A stretch of DNA of 62,562 nucleotides, counting the filler, from Globobulimina sp. (lineage: Eukaryota), in assembly GCA_003354225.1 (NCBI GenBank). It is 34 parts of 34 records of this genome, joined end to end, with 100 filler letters (N's around TTAATTAATTAA, not from the genome) between each part and the next. Parts side by side here need not be neighbours in the genome. Positions count along the whole stretch, not along the records: positions 11,065 to 12,808 come from PIVH01012447.1; positions 12,909 to 14,651 come from PIVH01012448.1; positions 14,752 to 16,494 come from PIVH01012449.1; positions 16,595 to 18,337 come from PIVH01012450.1; positions 18,438 to 20,180 come from PIVH01012451.1; positions 20,281 to 22,023 come from PIVH01012452.1; positions 22,124 to 23,866 come from PIVH01012453.1; positions 23,967 to 25,709 come from PIVH01012454.1; 26 more parts are not named here. The stretch is one strand, 5' to 3'. The position numbers and the translations under genes are program-made. This document shows, piece by piece, positions 11,890 to 24,017 of this stretch; position 1 is the first letter of the stretch; each line of letters opens with the position of its first letter. The notes below the pieces were generated by a model. The model had not been told where the DNA came from and made no database searches. It saw nothing but the letters and a program-made list of their open reading frames with translations.

Positions 11890-12498
11890 TTACGCGAGTT
11901 TCGTCATATTTACTCTAAATAGGTCTTTAAGTCTACGTGTTCGTTTAACGAATCTACAGATTTGTTTCCATATTCGGGCTTGGTTTGCTGTCGTTATTGG
12001 GCATCGGTTATATCGATCCGTCATCGAGTGATCTTCGATTAGGAATGGTAATAAAAGGTTTCGTAATGTTTGATGGTTGGGATGGTCGAATTTGGGCCAT
12101 ATTTGTTGTAATTCATGGAATAGTATTTGTCGCAGCTCATTGTATTTCGGGAAAAATAAAAGGAAATGTTCAACGGTTTCTATGGCATTGGTATGGCATT
12201 GATCGCAGTTTGGAGAAGATACGTTATTTCCGTCGGTATCCTTCATTTCGATCAAAGACATAAAGAAACCAATTCAAAAGTGATTGGTTAGTAGGCGGCA
12301 TATTATCTCCCATTGGTGTGTATTTAAATATTTTGAGAGATGGTAAAACTTTTTGTTTACCGATGATATATTTGTTTTTAGGAATGTATTTGTGGCGGAA
12401 ATATGCTTATTCTCCCACGATTCATTCCATTGTGCGTGGGTGTGTTTGTGGATTTGGGTCAGTGTCGTTCTGTACATATCGTTGAACGATATATCCAA
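11890..12498 (-). mobile_element. Decayed non-LTR retrotransposon (LINE) ORF2 C-terminus with CCHC-type zinc knuckle
   Basis: W...W, CRLLTNHF, CDQC...ETVEHFLL(F)FPKY...R and ICRFVKRTRRL. The two ORFs are in one frame, split by a single TGA at 12274-12276, and the last Cys is replaced by Phe. Confidence 0.75.
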
Positions 12499-13096
12499 AG
12501 ATGGTTATACTTATCGTTGAACCATTGTAATATCGTTGAACTACAATTTCAGCTTCACCAAATTAAACGATTGGCAAGGTTTTAATTGTATTGTTTTCGT
12601 TTTTAATTTTGGTTTCCGGCACAAAAATAGTAATATAAAACATATAAAATGGTGAACAAATATACAAACAAACACACAAACGATCGCGACACAGTCACAC
12701 AAAACACATTGGAATGATTGAATTTTATTACTTTTTCAGTTTTTTGTTTACATTCAAAAACCAGGATTTTCTGAAATACAAACTAATTATATGTTCAGCT
12801 TAATTCCTNNNNNNNNNNNNNNNNNNNNNNNNNNNNNNNNNNNNNNNNNNNNTTAATTAATTAANNNNNNNNNNNNNNNNNNNNNNNNNNNNNNNNNNNN
12901 NNNNNNNNATTTTTGAGATTGTTTTAATGCGTTCTTCTTTTAGCAAGTAATTCCAATAACTCCGCGCGGAAACATAGATTTTCAGTTTCTGACATTGAGG
13001 TAAACCACCATAAAAATTAAAATTCTTTTATTTTAAGTACAATAAATATTAATATAAAAATAGTTTTAGAATTATTTTCAAAATCAACCACTCATT

Positions 13097-14651
13097 TCAA
13101 GCGTATCCACGCTCCCTTGTCGTACACGGGCGGCACCAACATTTCCTGTAATAAAAATACCAATTCACCAGTAAACAGGTAAAATAATAAAAAGCAAATC
13201 CGAAGAATGCCCATTCCGCTATGTCCTTCGCAATGGAGGCCTTGAATATCATCGGCATTATAAATGAGCCATAGGCGGCGATGGCCGCAGACCAACCCAA
13301 CACCGGCCCCGCATGCTCTTTGTCGGGGAATATTTGCGGAATCATTCGAAAAGTACTTCCGTTGCCAATGCCAGTCGTAATGAACAACAACAAAAACAAT
13401 GTCAAAAACAGTGGAAACAACTCGTCCTTTCCCTTTCCATGAACCACTGTGATACCCACACCGATGGTGGTCGCAATCATTACAAGTACGTCCCAATGCG
13501 TTACCGTGGCCCCTCCAAATTTATCGCTCAACCAGCCACCGATGGGACGCACCACAGAGCCCACAAATGGCCCCAACCAGGCATAATGCAGTGGTTTTTT
13601 AGTCGGAAATAGCTCCTTAATCAGCATTGGAAATGAGGCTGAAAAGCCTATGAATGAGCCAAAGGTCATGATATAAAGATGCGTCATGAGCCACGTATGC
13701 GGCATTTTCAACACAACCATCGTTTTTGCAATGTTCTCGTGTGCGTCTTTCAAGAAGTTGCAGAAAATTAAAAACTTCATACAGGCCACGGTGATGACCA
13801 CAGCAACGAACCAGAGTATGAATGAAAAAAGAATATCTAAGCCGGGGCGCGACATATATTCGCGAGCATAGATTAAGATGAAGATCGCCGTGGCACTGCC
13901 AATATAGCCCAGGAACTCCAACCAGTAGAATGCGGTCAGCGCAATCGGTGTATTTGCGGCTGCTTTGTGCTGCGGTAAGGAGTTCATAAAAAACCACGCT
14001 GCGGTTATAAAAATGAGTAAAAATGGCATCCAAATAATTGCTATATTTGCGATATACACTCCATTGATATTGACACTGAATGAGCCAAATGCTGCATAGG
14101 AGACGATGCCGGTCACTACGCTCTGCACCACAGAAACGCCCAAATTGCCCATTCCAGCATTTAAACCTAAATATATGCCATAAAACAATTGGAGGAACGA
14201 ATTAGTTCCACCCAAATATGTAAACATTGAGGCAAATGGAAATACGCAACAACACTCAGCAGCGAATGCCAGATGTTGTTACTGCATAACACCCGATGTG
14301 TAGCAGCACAAATATTCTATAGATTGCTTCATGAATCATGAGTGTCATCACATTGCAGTACATACCGAGAGCGAGTCCTTGTTTCGACTTCGGGAAAAAG
14401 AATGATATGTTACTCATAGAACTGGCAAAGGCGCCGCCCCCCGCACCGGTGATTAATGCCAACACAATTAAATACTGTATAGAGACATCGGTGTTATTCA
14501 GAGCTGAGGCCAACAAAATCATCGATAGTAGCGACACGATCATTGTCTGGGAAATAACCACGCGGCCTCCAGACGGAGCGATCATGAAACAATTTGTTAA
14601 TCGGAGCGTCGCTCCAGATATGCCAGCAGTGGCTGGTAATAACCATAAGGT
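13097..14651 (-). CDS. narK: NarK/NRT2-family nitrate/nitrite transporter (MFS), 5'-partial, intron 14167-14365
   Basis: Splicing restores nitrate signature 1 (GGGAFASSMSNISFFFPKSKQGLALG|LNAGMGNLG). Signature 2 is GIGNGSTFRMIP. Conserved Arg residues occur in GATLRL and VVRPIGGWLSD. Confidence 0.93.
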
Positions 14652-14751
14652 NNNNNNNNNNNNNNNNNNNNNNNNNNNNNNNNNNNNNNNNNNNNTTAAT
14701 TAATTAANNNNNNNNNNNNNNNNNNNNNNNNNNNNNNNNNNNNNNNNNNNN

Positions 14752-15618
14752 TTGGATGCTTTTGTTGAGATATTCAAGCCCAAAGTATGTTTTTTTTTAC
14801 TTTTGCAAATTGTGGTTATGGCTTTTTTTTATTGTCAGATCGCATACGGTTTGGAACCATCGAAGTGCGCATTTGATGGATATTGCAGTGGATTTATTGA
14901 GAAATTGAAAACCTCGAAGTCTCATTTTAATAAATCGCATGTTCATTTGGAATGTATCGATTTGGTGGAATTTTTTGAGAGAGAAAGTTGGACCATGGAA
15001 GAAGTCCAATTATACAATAAAAAATACAAAGAAAACAAGAAAAAAAAAGGAAAAAAGTTGAAGAATGTTAAAAATATGGAGCAAAATAAAGAGGATGATG
15101 ACAGGGAGATTAGTAAAGAATTTTGTTATTGTGGCAAAAATAGTAAATATTTTGAGAAGAAACTAAAGAAATATAATAAAAACAAGAAGAATGGTGATGT
15201 TTTTTCTGTATTTGAGAAATTTCCGTGTGAATGTTGTAAGGAATTTAGTCCCCCCTTTGATTTGGGCCTCTGTTGGTCGGTGGTGCAGTATTTAGCGGAT
15301 AAAGATGTCGACACAGTGTTATGTTTATTGTCTAAGCAATGTGATTTTTTGTATTTTGATGCGGTGACCGAGGAGGAGTATGAGATAATGGCCAATGAGG
15401 GTTCACAGTTTAAGGATAAATGGGCCATTCGTAGGCCAATGAAATGGTATTTGCATATAATATTCAAATATTGGAGGATAATATCAAATGGACTGTTGGA
15501 ATCCAAATATTTCTATCCTCAAAATAAGGATTCAAATATATCAAATACAATTTATATGTTCGATGGAAGTACGTTTTGCAATTGCTTATTTAATAAAAGT
15601 ACGAGAAAAGTACGATAA
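14752..15618 (+). CDS. Probable class I SAM-dependent methyltransferase with Lys-rich insertion, 5'-partial, intron 14785-14838
   Basis: AYGLEPS (post-motif I-like), FDLGLCWSVVQYL and FLYF strands. The in-frame 54-nt GTATGT...TCAG segment looks like an intron. Confidence 0.5.
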   Translation: MDAFVEIFKPKVCFFLLLQIVVMAFFYCQIAYGLEPSKCAFDGYCSGFIEKLKTSKSHFNKSHVHLECIDLVEFFERESWTMEEVQLYNKKYKENKKKKGKKLKNVKNMEQNKEDDDREISKEFCYCGKNSKYFEKKLKKYNKNKKNGDVFSVFEKFPCECCKEFSPPFDLGLCWSVVQYLADKDVDTVLCLLSKQCDFLYFDAVTEEEYEIMANEGSQFKDKWAIRRPMKWYLHIIFKYWRIISNGLLESKYFYPQNKDSNISNTIYMFDGSTFCNCLFNKSTRKVR

Positions 15619-15837
15619 ATTAATATTTTGCTTATTTAATTGTTTTTTTTACTTTGGCTCAAACTCTGCGCAACAATTTGATTGCACACATGATATCATT
15701 CTCGATGATATTTCTTGTTTACAACGGTATAGAGATAAACAGTGTGCTGCGTTACATGCGCATGAATATTGTTGCGTTACATGCGGAGATAAATCATGTC
15801 TTGATGCATGTTACAATGAGAGAAAAGTGATGGGGAT

Positions 15838-16494
15838 TTATTTACAGCAAAAAAAAAACACACAAAAAACATTTCGTTTGAGTCTCACTTGATGAGATAC
15901 AGATTTTTGTTCAGTTCCTTCTGCTTCACATTGTTGTATTTGTTGCGAACTTGTCAACTGTGTGTGATTAAACTCTATAAATTCACTTGTCATTTGTATC
16001 TGGTTGAAATCAAAAAATTCATTTGTTTCTGTTGTCTCTGGATCTCCGGATACAGCATCTCCTCCTCGTCCTAGACACATTATTGGTGTTTTCTCTGATG
16101 GCGACCCACCTGCTTTCACCGCATTGGTTTGATTTGCCTCTTCATCCATATTACCAGCTTCATCTCTGTTACATTTACGAAACTCTGTGCACAATGCACC
16201 TAACCTGCCATAAACGAGCAAGAGGAAGAAACCAAACAATCCCGTTGTTACTGCTTGGGACATTAGCCAGCCATATCCAGATACTTTATCAGGATCAAAC
16301 AATTGGACAAATCGTCGACTGCATGCTATGCAATATCCAAATATCAGACATAACGGATATAATTTAATTCTATTGTACATTTTTAACATTATCTCTTGTT
16401 TTATTGTTTTATTTATAATACCATATTTGGCGTAATATAATATTTTTATGTAGACAAAAATGCAGAATAATAAGATAATTACTAAGTGGCCATA
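15838..16494 (-). CDS. cAMP-receptor/GCR1-like GPCR, C-terminal part
   Basis: RIKLYPLCLIFGY...RR (TM6) and GLFGFFLLLVYG (TM7) resemble CAR-family receptors. Confidence 0.6.
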   Translation of the reverse strand, partial: YGHLVIILLFCIFVYIKILYYAKYGIINKTIKQEIMLKMYNRIKLYPLCLIFGYCIACSRRFVQLFDPDKVSGYGWLMSQAVTTGLFGFFLLLVYGRLGALCTEFRKCNRDEAGNMDEEANQTNAVKAGGSPSEKTPIMCLGRGGDAVSGDPETTETNEFFDFNQIQMTSEFIEFNHTQLTSSQQIQQCEAEGTEQKSVSHQVRLKRNVFCVFFFCCK

Positions 16495-16727
16495 NNNNNN
16501 NNNNNNNNNNNNNNNNNNNNNNNNNNNNNNNNNNNNNNTTAATTAATTAANNNNNNNNNNNNNNNNNNNNNNNNNNNNNNNNNNNNNNNNNNNNAAGGCA
16601 TGATCTGATAAGTATGATAAGTATAGTAATACGTATATAAAAATAAAAACATACTTTTGGTAACTTAATAAAAAAAAAAATGAGATCTGTGATGGATTAC
16701 TATATTAATATTATAAATTTATTATAA

Positions 16728-18337
16728 TTATTCACTGTCTGGCTCGACAGTGATATTTCCTCTTTGATGCGCACCAATGCCATATTTATTAAATTTTTGA
16801 ACATCAATTAACGGCTTAGTTTCAGTATCATTTGAATAATTTGAGCGATTATCACCCTCCGCATGCGCTTCATTTCTAGATCTGGTAAACTCAGAAGAAT
16901 CTGCCCCGAGCAAGGTGCACAAATAAATAATACCGGCCACTAAGCCCATTCCTGCCGTCCCCAAATGCAACACCGGCAAATGTAACGGCGAGATGGCAGA
17001 CACTATTAATGCTATGACCGCCGCACTAAAAAATCTCCAAAAGCCGGCCAACGCAGATGCCGTACCTGCAATTTATACATGTATTGCAAAAGTGACCTAC
17101 GCAAATTCGCAACAGATTATGTTATGTCATACCTGCGCACTCTTTGAATGGTTCCAGCGCTGTGGATATTAAATGTGGTAACATGAGCCCATCCGCACAT
17201 ACATACAAAAATAAAGGCACCAACGACCACCATACAGTCAGCCCTTCCAATTCTGGATAGGTGCTACTGAACAATATCACTGGTAATATCAATAAACAGC
17301 CACATACAAAAATCTGTCCAATGCCAATACAAACCACAGTGATCGGGTTCATACATTTGATGAAACCAATCGATATCACACTGCCTATCATCAATCCAAA
17401 CACAATGCCGCCACACAATAAGCCCGTGGTAAACTCGCTGAATCCGTACCGATTCTCCATTACAAACGAAAATTCGTTAAACATAATAAAAACACCTTAA
17501 GCAACAACATTGACAGAATCACATCGCAAATTCGCAGAAAGCAAAAGCAAAATACCTGCATAAACTGCTCCAGATATCAGCACCAAGCCAATAAACACTC
17601 TCTTCTTCACCAATAACTTGACAGTCTGGAAATACACAGCCGGCGTAGTGATATTTATAGTGTCGGGATCCTTCGTTTCCGGCAATAACAAGACAACCAT
17701 AATCAGCAAAGCTAAGGATAAGGCCCCAATGATCCAGAAAATATATCGCCAGCCTAAGAAGGCAGTCACACTGCCACCAAATACCGGTGAAGCTGCGATC
17801 ACAATCGGTCGCAAACCGCCTAAGATGCCCAAGACGCGGGTTCTGTCATCTTGCTTAAATACATCACGTGCGATGGCATAGACAATCACCATACCGGCGC
17901 CTGTGTGGTATGTATATTATATATGTTATGCATATACTACGTACACGGCAATGGCGGACTTTTTTGTCAGTACAGACCTGAACCCATAGCTTGTATGGCG
18001 CGAAATACGTTTAAAGTGGCGATGTTGGGCGCTAATGCACAGCCGACATTGGTCGCGACGTAGATGACTAAGCCGGCGATCAATGTATTTCTACGTCCGT
18101 ACATATCAGACAATGTACCAAAAAATAACTGTGATGCGCCAAACGACAACATATAAATGGTGATGGTCAACTGCACCCATTGCGAGGTGGTGTTTAAATC
18201 GATGGCAATGTCTTGGAGTGCTGGTACTTGAGCTTCGGTGGATAATGGACCCAAGACGTTGACCAATAACATTATGGTGAATAATAGGATTTGTTTGGGA
18301 CGAGAATATTGCATGACGCCATGGGGCAGTTTGGCGG
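16728..18337 (-). CDS. Bcr/CflA (DHA1) multidrug MFS transporter, multi-exon
   Basis: VQLTITIYMLSFGASQLFFGTLSDMYGRR, FRAIQAMG, AIARDVF, GWRYIFW, LLPET and AGTASAL, spread over exons separated by GT-AG introns. Confidence 0.88.
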
Positions 18338-18801
18338 NNNNNNNNNNNNNNNNNNNNNNNNNNNNNNNNNNNNNNNNNNNNTTAATTAATTAANNNNNNN
18401 NNNNNNNNNNNNNNNNNNNNNNNNNNNNNNNNNNNNNGGCTCTTGCTTCGATTCAGCTGCTGTCGATTATAATTAATGTACATATATATGGCAGTATTCA
18501 TAAATAAATGCCCGTTATGCTGGCTGGATTCCAGAAACACTCTGTATTTTTTTTTGGACTTGTTTTTTCTGACAATATAAATCTGTATATGTTTTGTGTT
18601 TCTGTTTTTTGACCAGAATTACAGAGTGTTTCTGGAATATATATTCAGAGCAGTTTGTATCCAGCAAGCATAACGGGCATTTATTTATGAATACTGGCAT
18701 ATATTAATCATGATATCTTATTTAGTTGTTGTAATATTATACACTTGTACTAGTTTTTTGCAGTAAGTTTTTTGCATTGATTCAAGTGCCTCACCGCCAT
18801 C

Positions 18802-20180
18802 ATGTTATTCGCAGTCTTTCTTTCATTCGCATTGTTATTGTTGTGTTTCTTATTGCATTATCATCAACATTTTACATTATGTTCCAACAAACAAAGCGAA
18901 TCGCGACCGCGTGTAGCATCTCTCACAGAGTCAAACATATCGCAAAGCAAATCGCGTCAAACATATCGCAAGAAAATTTGCGAGTTTTGGATCCAACCAA
19001 TCGACGAATTTGATTTCTTCCCTCCATCATTTGTTTATTATCTTCTATTCAAAATAATGATATGTCTGCTCATCGCCGCTGTGTATATTGCACAAAATAC
19101 AACCACTAGTTATACGGATTTATTTTTTAGATATTCATTGCAAACGGAACGTAAACCTTTGTCAGAGTCAAATAATATATTTGTTCACATTTCAAATTAT
19201 ATTTTAATTTACAGCGTAATGTTTTTATCATTGTGGGAATCGTTATTTTCATTTTATAAATTTTATTCGACCTTATTTGTGATATTAAAATGTAAAATAA
19301 TATCAACCCGAGCCGTAATACGTAAATTTATGATTTACGCTATTTTATTTTGTATTGTTTTTGTTGCGCAAATCCATTTTTATTATTACGCATTCCCAGC
19401 AATATTAGCATTACATTTCCTGTTTAACACATATTGTACATTTAAGTTTGCATCGATGTTAATTTTAAAATACAACGATTTTATAGGTTTGTAATTTGAT
19501 GTTTTATACATTTAAATGTATTTAAGTTTAAAATAATATATGCAGAACATGACGGATTGGACAATGCAGAAAATATGAAAATATTACACAGCGTTTATTT
19601 CATGCGCCGATCGGCGATGATATGCTGTATGTTACAAGTGAGCTATTTAGGATTATTCACCTTTTTCCATAGCGTCAATACACTCATTTATTTACCAATT
19701 ATATGGAGTATTTGTGCATGTATTAATACATTGAACTTTGTCCGAAATCGCAAATTTATAAAACTCAAACTGTTTCAATGTCAAATCTGTTGCACAAAGT
19801 TGTGCATTAAAAACGAAGCGACCAATGATAGATCCTCGCAGTCGTTGAGTGTGAAAGTGGCCATTCCCATTGAAAAAATTGTTGAGTGTGATACGCCGAC
19901 CGTGGATCAGTTGGAAGTTGAGGCCAAAATGCAAGTGCAATTGCAAAGTTTGTCTGAAATTTCAGAGACTACGGTTCCATCCATGGCAGATACGTATACC
20001 CGCACAGTGTCAGTGACGAGCACATTCTCTGCGATGAGTGTTGGCATTTCAGTCAGTGATCAGTCCGCGTCTTCAGGATCAAGCGCCAAAATATCCGTTG
20101 ACTCGCAAGCTAGCGCTACTCTGTCAGGTACAAAATATATTTAGTAAATACCAGAAACTGTCGAATGTCCGACCATTAAA
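18802..20180 (+). CDS. Multi-pass (possibly 7TM) membrane protein, intron about 19487-19545
   Basis: Two ORFs with multiple hydrophobic segments and a Ser-rich tail. Confidence 0.55.
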
Positions 20181-20431
20181 NNNNNNNNNNNNNNNNNNNN
20201 NNNNNNNNNNNNNNNNNNNNNNNNTTAATTAATTAANNNNNNNNNNNNNNNNNNNNNNNNNNNNNNNNNNNNNNNNNNNNAAAAAAAACAAGTTAAATTG
20301 GTAATTTTCCGGAATTTTCTTTACAATTTCTTAAGTAAATTCATTTTTTCCTATACAAGTGCTTGAGCAAATTCCATTGGGAAAATTATCGGGAAAAAAA
20401 AATTCGAAAAAAACATTATCCTGAAAATCCA

Positions 20432-20810
20432 TTTTGATAGTTACATTTGTGATGTAACTATCAAAAGATGTTTTTTTTAGAGTAGCTTACAGAAACGAGT
20501 TAGAAATTTTAAATGAATTTTCGTTTTTTTTATTTTTTGATAGTTAGCAAAATTCAGATATCCGAAAATTCCAATTAAAAAAATAAAAACAAAAATTTGT
20601 CCTTTCAGGACAAAAGAGCATCAGGTTTTCAGCGTCACATTTTTATTGTTTCTGAGAAACGAAGGCAAACCTATATTATTTTTACCTTTATCAGTCACCA
20701 GAAACGATTTGCTCATACCTTACTCCAATAAAAATCTGACGCTGAAGACCGGATGCTCTTCAAAAGAGTGGTAAAAGAAAATGATAAAAAGACAGTCAGA
20801 CTGTCTTTTT
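20432..20810. repeat. Cluster of inverted repeats (foldback/MITE-like)
   Basis: Perfect 15-bp hairpin at 20432-20466; 35-bp inverted pair 20614-20648/20726-20760 with 3 mismatches; perfect 12-bp hairpin at 20786-20810. Confidence 0.75.
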
Positions 20811-21076
20811 CTGTAAAAACTTAGTTTTTCCGGAAATTCTCATTTTGTGAAAATTTCAAAAAAACTCTTTTACATACGTCAGCAAAGGAACAATGGTTGT
20901 TAAACACGCTGCTGTCGAGTTCTTGTCCTTCTCAGTTCTAACTCTTTCAATAACTAACTCCTCTGCTTTCTGATCTTCCTCACTTTCAACACTCACGAGG
21001 TGTTTCTTGTGTTCACGACTTCACGTCGAATCAGAATAAGAAATGATGGTTAGATTTTTAAGGTTAAATTTTTTTC

Positions 21077-22023
21077 TTGTACAAAGATTTTGAGCAGCCA
21101 TGTCCATGTGTTTATACATTTTCAGAAGAACAACGTAAATTCATTGACAGTGAAATTGTTATCGCCGATGTTTATTTACCGTCAATAGGCACTACATTCT
21201 CCACCGTCTATGCGAAATCACCATATGGCAAAACATCATTGGCCGGCACAGCATCCACATATAACAAACTAGGTTATGCCGTATTAGGACAAGACTGTCG
21301 TGGTCGACATGCCTCCAATGGTTCCTATTCATTTTGGATGACCTCTGGCAACGATTCCATTGACACAATAACATGGTTATTACAGCAAGAATGGCAGACG
21401 GATTATTAGCTGTTACTGGTACTTCTGCGGATGCCTTGGCTCAATACGCAGACATTACGGGTGTTACCCAAGGCGGTGGCGGCGAAAACGGAATGAAATA
21501 TTGAATCATATTAAATTTGGTTATCTCATATGTGGCGATGGTTTGGGTTGGATTTGGCTTGATTTCTGGTTGGTTGGATTTGATATTAGAGCCATTATTA
21601 TAATGGTTCATACTGTCTTAGAAAATGAGGCATTCAACCCATGGTAAGTTATATTTATCATATTATCACAGTGTCATTTAACAAATAGATGGCAATTGTT
21701 ACTGTTAGGTGGTATACGTTGGTTGGGGCATATGAATGGGACCCAGTTGGACACAAAAACGAAGCACAATATTCTGTGGCGAATTTCTCCATGTTACACA
21801 GTTCCGGCTGGTATGATATTTTCAGCACCAATCAAATAAAAACTGCTTTAGATGTCAACCTAACTTCGCAAGTCGATGCGCAAGGAAAGCAACTGTTGAT
21901 GGTGAATCCTGGTGGACATTGCGGTGGAGGTGCTATAAAATGGCCAAATTCGAGCTATGGCGCAAGTATTACAGTAGTGTTCCCGATAAGAGGTACGCAT
22001 ATTAGTACTAATATTATATATTA
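21077..22023 (+). pseudogene. CocE/NonD (peptidase S15) family hydrolase, frameshifted
   Basis: SPYGK, GYAVLGQDCRGRHASNG, DSIDTITWLLQQEW, then LAVTGTSADALAQY in a shifted frame, and HSSGWYDIF. Frameshifts near 21395 and 21490. Confidence 0.7.
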
Positions 22024-22123
22024 NNNNNNNNNNNNNNNNNNNNNNNNNNNNNNNNNNNNNNNNNNNNTTAATTAATTAANNNNNNNNNNNNNNNNNNNNN
22101 NNNNNNNNNNNNNNNNNNNNNNN

Positions 22124-23285
22124 TCATTAAATCCAACGTATATTCCCACATTTGAACCAACAGCATCGCCTACATATAACCCTACAAATGAACCTATAAT
22201 ACAGACAACGCAAAGTCACACACATATAACCCCCATACACACACAATTTAACTCTACGATATCAAGTATCATTCAAGCGGCGCCATTGGATGCAACTTCA
22301 TTCATTGTGGTTATAATTATATTCACCTCCATTTGTTTTGGTGCAGTGACGGTATTATTAGTAGTGGCCAGCCGCAACCACAGCAAAAGTGAGCATACAA
22401 TTAAAAAAGAATTGGAAATAGTGGCCATTGTAGCAGAGCGCAGGTTGGATAATCCCGGCAAATTACGCAACTATGACAAAATAGACGCGCGCAGCGTCAG
22501 TCCCGCCTTCAATTATCACAGTTAAACGCACTTTTGTTGCACGTGTGTACTTACAGATTTGTAGTTAATTTGTTGCTATTTGTACAGAAACGAAAATAGA
22601 TTCGCACATTGGCGATAATGTCCGCATGAATGAGATGTTGCAAGATTTGGAGACGAATATGGATGAAGGCACTGATAGCGACGAGACGGAAGAGACCACA
22701 GTATCCAATCCACAACAATATAACAATATAAATATAGCATTTCTGCATGGAAATAGTGTGCAAGACGGTGATTATGAAGCGACTGAGACCAAATTAAGTG
22801 AGGAAGACACCAAATATGATACGGATGACGGGTTTGTGGATAGGACTATGCCGAATCCATTTAAAAAAATGAGCGAAAGTCAATCAAAATCTATCAATTC
22901 GGAGAAAGGTTATATGAAAACGTTTGCGGTCAATCAACGTATTAAAAATGTGCGTAATCCGTTTAGGAGGGAGAGGGTGTTGACGCACAGTCAATTTGAT
23001 GAGGAATATAAGAAGGATATGGAGAAGGGAGATGGGGATAGTTCGACTGAGGACAGTTATCATGATCGGATGGGGACGTATGATTTTGTGGAGAATTTGC
23101 AAGTGCTGCATGAACATTCAATGGCTATAAATAGTATTAATAAGAGTGAGAATATTGAGAATGTGATGCGGTATTTGGATGAGAAGAAGAATGAACACTG
23201 CGAGTTGAAGGGGAAAGTGTCTGGTGACAGCATGAAGGTATTGGCTGGGGACAGTGAGACACATCATGGCGAATATACGGAGTAG
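22124..23285 (+). CDS. Single-pass membrane protein with PT repeats and acidic cytoplasmic tail, 5'-partial
   Basis: PT repeats, a TM segment FIVVIIIFTSICFGAVTVLLVVA, an intron at about 22521-22587 and an acidic ORF ending at 23285. Confidence 0.6.
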
Positions 23286-23573
23286 AGTTGTGTTTTTGTT
23301 ATTATTTTATTGAATTAAATTCTCTGTTGTTTTTTTTCCCGTTTTTTTTGTTTCTTTTTTTTTCTAGTTCTCGTTTGAAATGGACAATTATATCTAATTA
23401 TTGTTGAATGTCTTGCAAATGTTTTTTGAATAAAAAAAGAAAATCGATGTAGATTTTTTTTTATATATAATTATTGTTTTTTTTTGCATTGAAATTAATT
23501 TTTTTAACAAAATAGCTAAATATCGAAAACCTTATTTTTTTGAAGTGATTTAGTCATCACAACGGCAAAGAAA

Positions 23574-23866
23574 ATGAATTTCACTACTTTCATGATCATG
23601 TTGAACATCTCATTGCTGTTCCATTCCAGAACTTGTGTCAGTGGAATACACAAATTTGCATCATTAACACCACAAACATCATCAATTGACGGTGCGACAG
23701 TTATTAGAGACCCACAAGTATTTATATCTGGCACTTACTGGGATCTAAGACTACAGCCCGATGTCCAATCGCCATTTGATTTAAAACTAAATTTCAACAA
23801 CGAATGGCAATTTAAATCAAATGACATATCAACAATAAGCATCACACTCAATGGCTTACCACTAAT
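23574..23866 (+). CDS. Hypothetical secreted protein, 3'-partial
   Basis: Signal-peptide-like N-terminus; the frame stays open to the contig end. Confidence 0.45.
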
Positions 23867-24017
23867 NNNNNNNNNNNNNNNNNNNNNNNNNNNNNNNNNN
23901 NNNNNNNNNNTTAATTAATTAANNNNNNNNNNNNNNNNNNNNNNNNNNNNNNNNNNNNNNNNNNNNGACTGGACATTATTCTGAACTTTTGAGGTTGATT
24001 TCAGTTTTTACTATATA

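Noticed and set aside
12274-12276. TGA readthrough or selenocysteine in the LINE ORF
   Set aside because: The same remnant has lost a zinc-knuckle Cys, and other genes here terminate at TGA. This fits pseudogenisation.
20736-20785. Hammerhead ribozyme core (CTGAAGA...)
   Set aside because: No correctly placed GAAA or stem III pairing could be built. The same applies to CTGACGAG near 11823.
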